In this document: positions 59,985 through 64,000 of the stretch, piece after piece
Layout of the letters: the number at the start of each line of letters is the position of its first letter
Position numbering within the stretch: the stretch's first letter is position 1
Source of the DNA: Rhynchopus sp. YZ270_cl-10
Lineage: Eukaryota
Reading direction: 5' to 3'
Assembly: GCA_964035575.1 (NCBI GenBank)
Contig: OZ037842.1
Location: forward strand, 310,001-374,000
Length of the DNA stretch: 64,000 nt
The notes under the pieces: model-generated
Database searches by the model: none
The model's input: only the letters and a program-made list of their open reading frames with translations
What the model was told of the DNA's origin: nothing
Translations under genes and position numbers: made by a program

Positions 59985-61913
59985 TTTTTGGAGGGAGCAC
60001 CTTGTAGGATGCGTTGAAAAAAAAAAATCTGAGGGATGTTGTGGAGTAGAGGGGCTAAAAAAAGTTTGAAATGCAAATACCTTGGTAGTCCCGGGGGGTG
60101 GACACTCAACCATGCAGTGCTACATCCATTTCGTGGTTTACATCAAAGAGAAGTTGGAAAAGTCCATTTTATTTTCGTTTAAAACACCATGTGGATTGGG
60201 GGATGGGGTTAAAAACAAAAAGAGCATTTTGCGAGAGAGCGTCACTCTATTTTAGCATAGGTCGTTGAGGGGGGGGAGAAAATGCTTCATGAGGTGTGGG
60301 GGGTATTTTGTTGAAGGAAAAAAATAAATGTTGTAACGGACGCAAGCCACACACGGTGCTTACTGTAGCCACCTTGGGAGAAAAAAAAAATAAACAGCTT
60401 GGTTGCATTTTTTTTTTTTTTTTTGTGCAGACACTCTAAGGAATATAGCATACGGTGTGATCCGGGGTATCGGAAAATACAATTTTTTCATTTTTCAATT
60501 CACTCTTCATAGCTATAGACTATGAAAAAGTTGTGAATTTTTCGTGAAAACTTTTGTGAAGAGTTGTAAAATACGACCCAGAACAACACACCAACATACT
60601 ATGATGTGCGCTTTACGTAGTATCCAGAAGATCATACCTCAGATAGGAAAACCAAACCCCCCTTGTTCTAAGATTGTAGATAAAAATAACATTTCCTAAA
60701 ATAAGACGATTGGAGATTTTGGGAAAATCCCTTCTTTGGTTAAGATATTCTGTATACCATGGCTTTAAAAGAGAAAAAAGATAAAAGAGAAAAAGGTTGG
60801 TAAGATGAACCCGAGCCTTATTCGCTTTTGTCATCTACTTTAACCAAGGTGTGGTAGAATGGCGATTGGCCAATCCCTTCCGTTTTCCTTGGAATAGAAA
60901 GAGGGGTACATCCCCCTTTCGAAAATTTGCATTGCAACCCAAAAAAACCGCTCTTTTTACTGTTTTATGCGACCGAATTGCTCTGAATATGAGCAACGGA
61001 TGTTTAGATCCCAAAAACTCCCAAAAAAAACATTTTCTTTATTGCAATAGCACAAAAAAAAATAAAAAAAAAATTGGAAGGTGGAGATTGCACAAACTGT
61101 GGCAACACAACTGAGGCAACTACACTAGTCCAACAATAAAAAAAAATGAACCCCACCCCGAAGAGCGGGATGTAGTTCCACTACACTACTTTTTATTTTT
61201 TTTTTCACGGAGCGACAAAGGGTAAGCAAAGCACCCTATTCTTAAGCCACGAAGGTGGCTAAAAAAAAAAAAAACTAATAAATCATACGCACGCAAGTAT
61301 GGGATGACCATTTTTAAAAAAATAGGACCCGTAAAATTTTTTCCAAAAAAAAAAAAAAAAAAAAAAAAAATGCCAGATTATTGAGATGGCGATCCATGAA
61401 AGAAGACAGTGGGGTTTGGTGGGAAACAGTGGAAGAAAGAAAAAAAGTTGGTAAGACGAAGCTAAGCCGTTTGTTTAGTCACCTTGTAAAAAAGAACTGT
61501 ATTGGCCGGTACAAGGAAGCTAGGGGCAAATACAACAAAAGAACGAAAAAAAACGACAATTTTTTTTTCCCCCCACGATACCCACAAAGATGAATGGGCA
61601 CACTCATCTTCTTTCCTCAGGCAAAAAAAAACACAAATAGCATCAAATACACAACACATTACCGCACTGCGTGGAGTAGAATCCCAAAAAAAAAAAAACT
61701 TTTTTCTTTTTTTGGGAAATCGGCAGTGTTCAAAATCGTATGCATGCCATTCCAAAACAAAACACCCCTTTTCCCCTTTTCCCCTCCCCCCCACAGACTT
61801 ACATTGTTGCTTCGACGCAACTTCCTTCTTGCTCCAACCCTTTTTTTTTTTGAGGATACTCAAAACGCGAACCTATTTTAAAAAAAAATGCGATCCCGAT
61901 TTATCCCCATTTC

Positions 61914-63099
61914 TCAGACCGCCCCGGGGCCGCCCCGTGTACGCAGCTGGTCTGCTGTCACCAGAGTCTGTGTGCCGTCCTCCGTCCACTTCACATTATA
62001 GTCACCGTTTGCCTCTCGGCACACAATGACAGCGGGGAACCACTGACCCTGGAACATGGCGTCAACGGCGTCGTTCTCATGGTACTCAGTCACCAACGGG
62101 ACGGGGTCTCTCGCAGCAGGTGGCGAGACATGTCCTGGGGCACCAGGAGCTGGGCTCAACTCTTGCAGAACATTGTGCGCATTTTCCTAAAGCAATATTT
62201 GTTGTAGAATTGAGGGAAAGAAGAGGAGGTGAATGCATACCATGTTACCGCCACAGTCCTCGAGAATGCCTTTGATGACCTTTCTGTCGACGTTCGGGTA
62301 CACCTCGCTAAGCTGCTCGAGTGATGCCTGTGGAGGGGGGGTTGGGACAGATGTGGGGGTGAAGAGGAAGCATACATATTGCTGCAGTTCCAGGATCTCG
62401 TTTGTTTTGTGGTGGTTTTCGCGTGGGGTCACGAGAGGGCCGTCCTGTGAATGGTGTGGTGTGTTGCTTTGCTTGCATTGAGCTCATACTTCTTCCTCCT
62501 CCTGCGGAGGCCGGTATCCCGGTGCCTGGGACGGTGGGGGGCTTTGGTAGTGACCCTGCTGTTGGTAGGAGTTGTTGTTGTTGTAGCCGTGCCCTTGGTT
62601 GGCTTGGTTCTGGCTGACCTGTGTTGTGGGGGGGGTTTTTACGGCAATACTATGTGAGGGAAAGACGCAAACAATATGCTCCGATAGCAATAGAGCAATA
62701 GAGCAATAGAGCAATAGAGCAATAGAGCAATAGAGCAATAGAGCAATAGAGCAATAGAGCAATAGAGCAATAGAGCAATAGAGCAATAGAGCAATAGAGC
62801 AATAGAGCAATAGAGCAATAGAGCAATAGAGCAATAGAGCAATAGCATACCAGCAGGATTGCCGCATCGACCTCCCTCTGCTCTCTCTGGCTGCGCTGCT
62901 GATTTCTGTAGTCTTGTTGGTGATATTGCTGTCCCTGTGGGGGTGGGGACGAGTACTGCACCGCCCCGCCCTGGTAACCCCCTTGGTTGTACCCGCCTTG
63001 TCCGCCGTGCTGGTATGTGCCCCCGTGTGGTGGGGGGTTTTGTCTGCTCTGTGGCGCCTGCCCTCCTGCTGGACGGTCTTTGCTTCCACTGCAGCCCAT
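61914..63099 (-). CDS. N-acylated (MGCSGS) Q/G/P-rich protein with CUE and Tudor/Agenet-like domains; 5 exons (63099-62851, 62618-62490, 62444-62376, 62327-62241, 62186-61914), 268 aa
   Basis: Four phase-0 GTATG...YAG introns (232, 45, 48 and 54 nt). Splicing reconstitutes CUE (LEQLSEVYPNVDRKVIKGILEDCGGNMENAHNVL) and a Tudor-like domain (VDAMFQGQWFPAVI...YNVKWTEDG). Confidence 0.85.
62686..62845. repeat. Perfect tandem 8-mer (AGCAATAG)20 inside intron 1 of the CUE-Tudor gene
   Basis: 160 bp of perfect units, beginning 5 nt after the GT donor on the sense strand. Confidence 0.97.
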
Positions 63100-64000
63100 G
63101 GTGTTGTGTGTTTTGTTGTCTTGTGTTGTGTTGTGTTGTGCCCTGGGTAGGAAGAGCTATTGTATAAGTTTGGTGAAATCGTGAATTTTTGACATATTTT
63201 AGTTTGTACGGAATACACCGATTAAAGCGAAAGAGGAAGAGGGCATCTAAGACAGCAAGGCTGAAAAGCCACTTTTTTGTTGATTGGTTGCATTACGTAA
63301 TGCCAAAGGGTGTGCGTTCAGGTTTATGCGGCTGAAATAATAACATTTCTTTTTCCAAAATCGGCAATAGACAAACCTAATCCTCTCGTGGTTCGCCCCG
63401 AAAGAGAAAGATTCCAAAGATAAAAAAGATAAAAAAGGGGGGGTTTTGGTAAGATCCTAGGTCTTTCATTGATTCGTCATTGGGCGGAGGCTGGTGAAAA
63501 TATGAGGGAAGGGGGGTTTTTTTCTCGGTGCATCCAAGTTGTAATGGATACTCTCCCTCAAGCAAAAGGAGAAAAGATTGGTAACATTAAGCCTCAATGT
63601 GCTTCGTCTTACCAAAGAAGGGAAACTAAGAAGAGCCAGAAAGATGAATGCAGCTCGCCTTTTTGTGAAGTTGACAGTGCAAAAAAGGAAAAAAAGGCCC
63701 CAAGGAAGGCAGGCACTGATGCTCCATGGGCTATCGAACCCCCTAAAAAAAAATATTGAGGGATCAATGTGCCTCATGTGCACAACATCTTGAAAAAGTG
63801 TATTGCAGAGAGACAAAGGGAAAATGGTCTGTTTTGTATGACAGAAAGAGAGGAAAAAGGAAGTTGAAAAACGGTGAGGTACAGACAAAAGAAAGTTTTG
63901 TCGGATACACCTAAGCCTGTGCTTAGTCACCTTCAATCATCTTTGAAAAAAGAAAAGAAAAGTTTAAGATGACCTAAGCTTCTCGTGCTTAGTCACCTAA

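Noticed and set aside
62484..63218. ORFs encoding (YCSIALLL)n hydrophobic repeats
   Set aside because: Read-through of the intronic (CTATTGCT)20 satellite.

Overview
This is eukaryotic nuclear DNA, most consistent with a euglenozoan (diplonemid-like) genome. That assignment is an inference from genome organisation and gene content. All 14 credible protein-coding genes lie on the minus strand, as in a directional or polycistronic cluster. Several have a pyrimidine tract plus AG just upstream of the ATG, and three genes carry GT-AG cis-introns with a GTAT(G) donor. The genes encode two degenerate membrane class III cyclases, a purple acid phosphatase, Rab4, an XMAP215-C-terminal-like protein, a secreted beta-helix (GH141-like) protein, a hypothetical protein, a TMEM17/216-family protein, an ectodomain-TM-RING protein, cathepsin B, a GH27 glycosidase, a glycosyltransferase-like protein, an ankyrin/UBL protein and an acylated CUE-Tudor protein. 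The AT-rich intergenic DNA holds about nine short non-autonomous TIR elements (MULE/foldback-, hAT-, piggyBac-, CACTA- and P-like ends). The most unusual signal is a set of more than 40 dispersed 30-120 nt hairpin elements (families A, B, C and G). Families A, B and C share a CTCTCGT motif and a CAYCT(G) end, and A and B keep the same fold with different stem sequences. All four families sit in A-tracts, and every copy I found has the same orientation. Other repeat families in the window occur on both strands. Coordinates and copy counts were read by eye.
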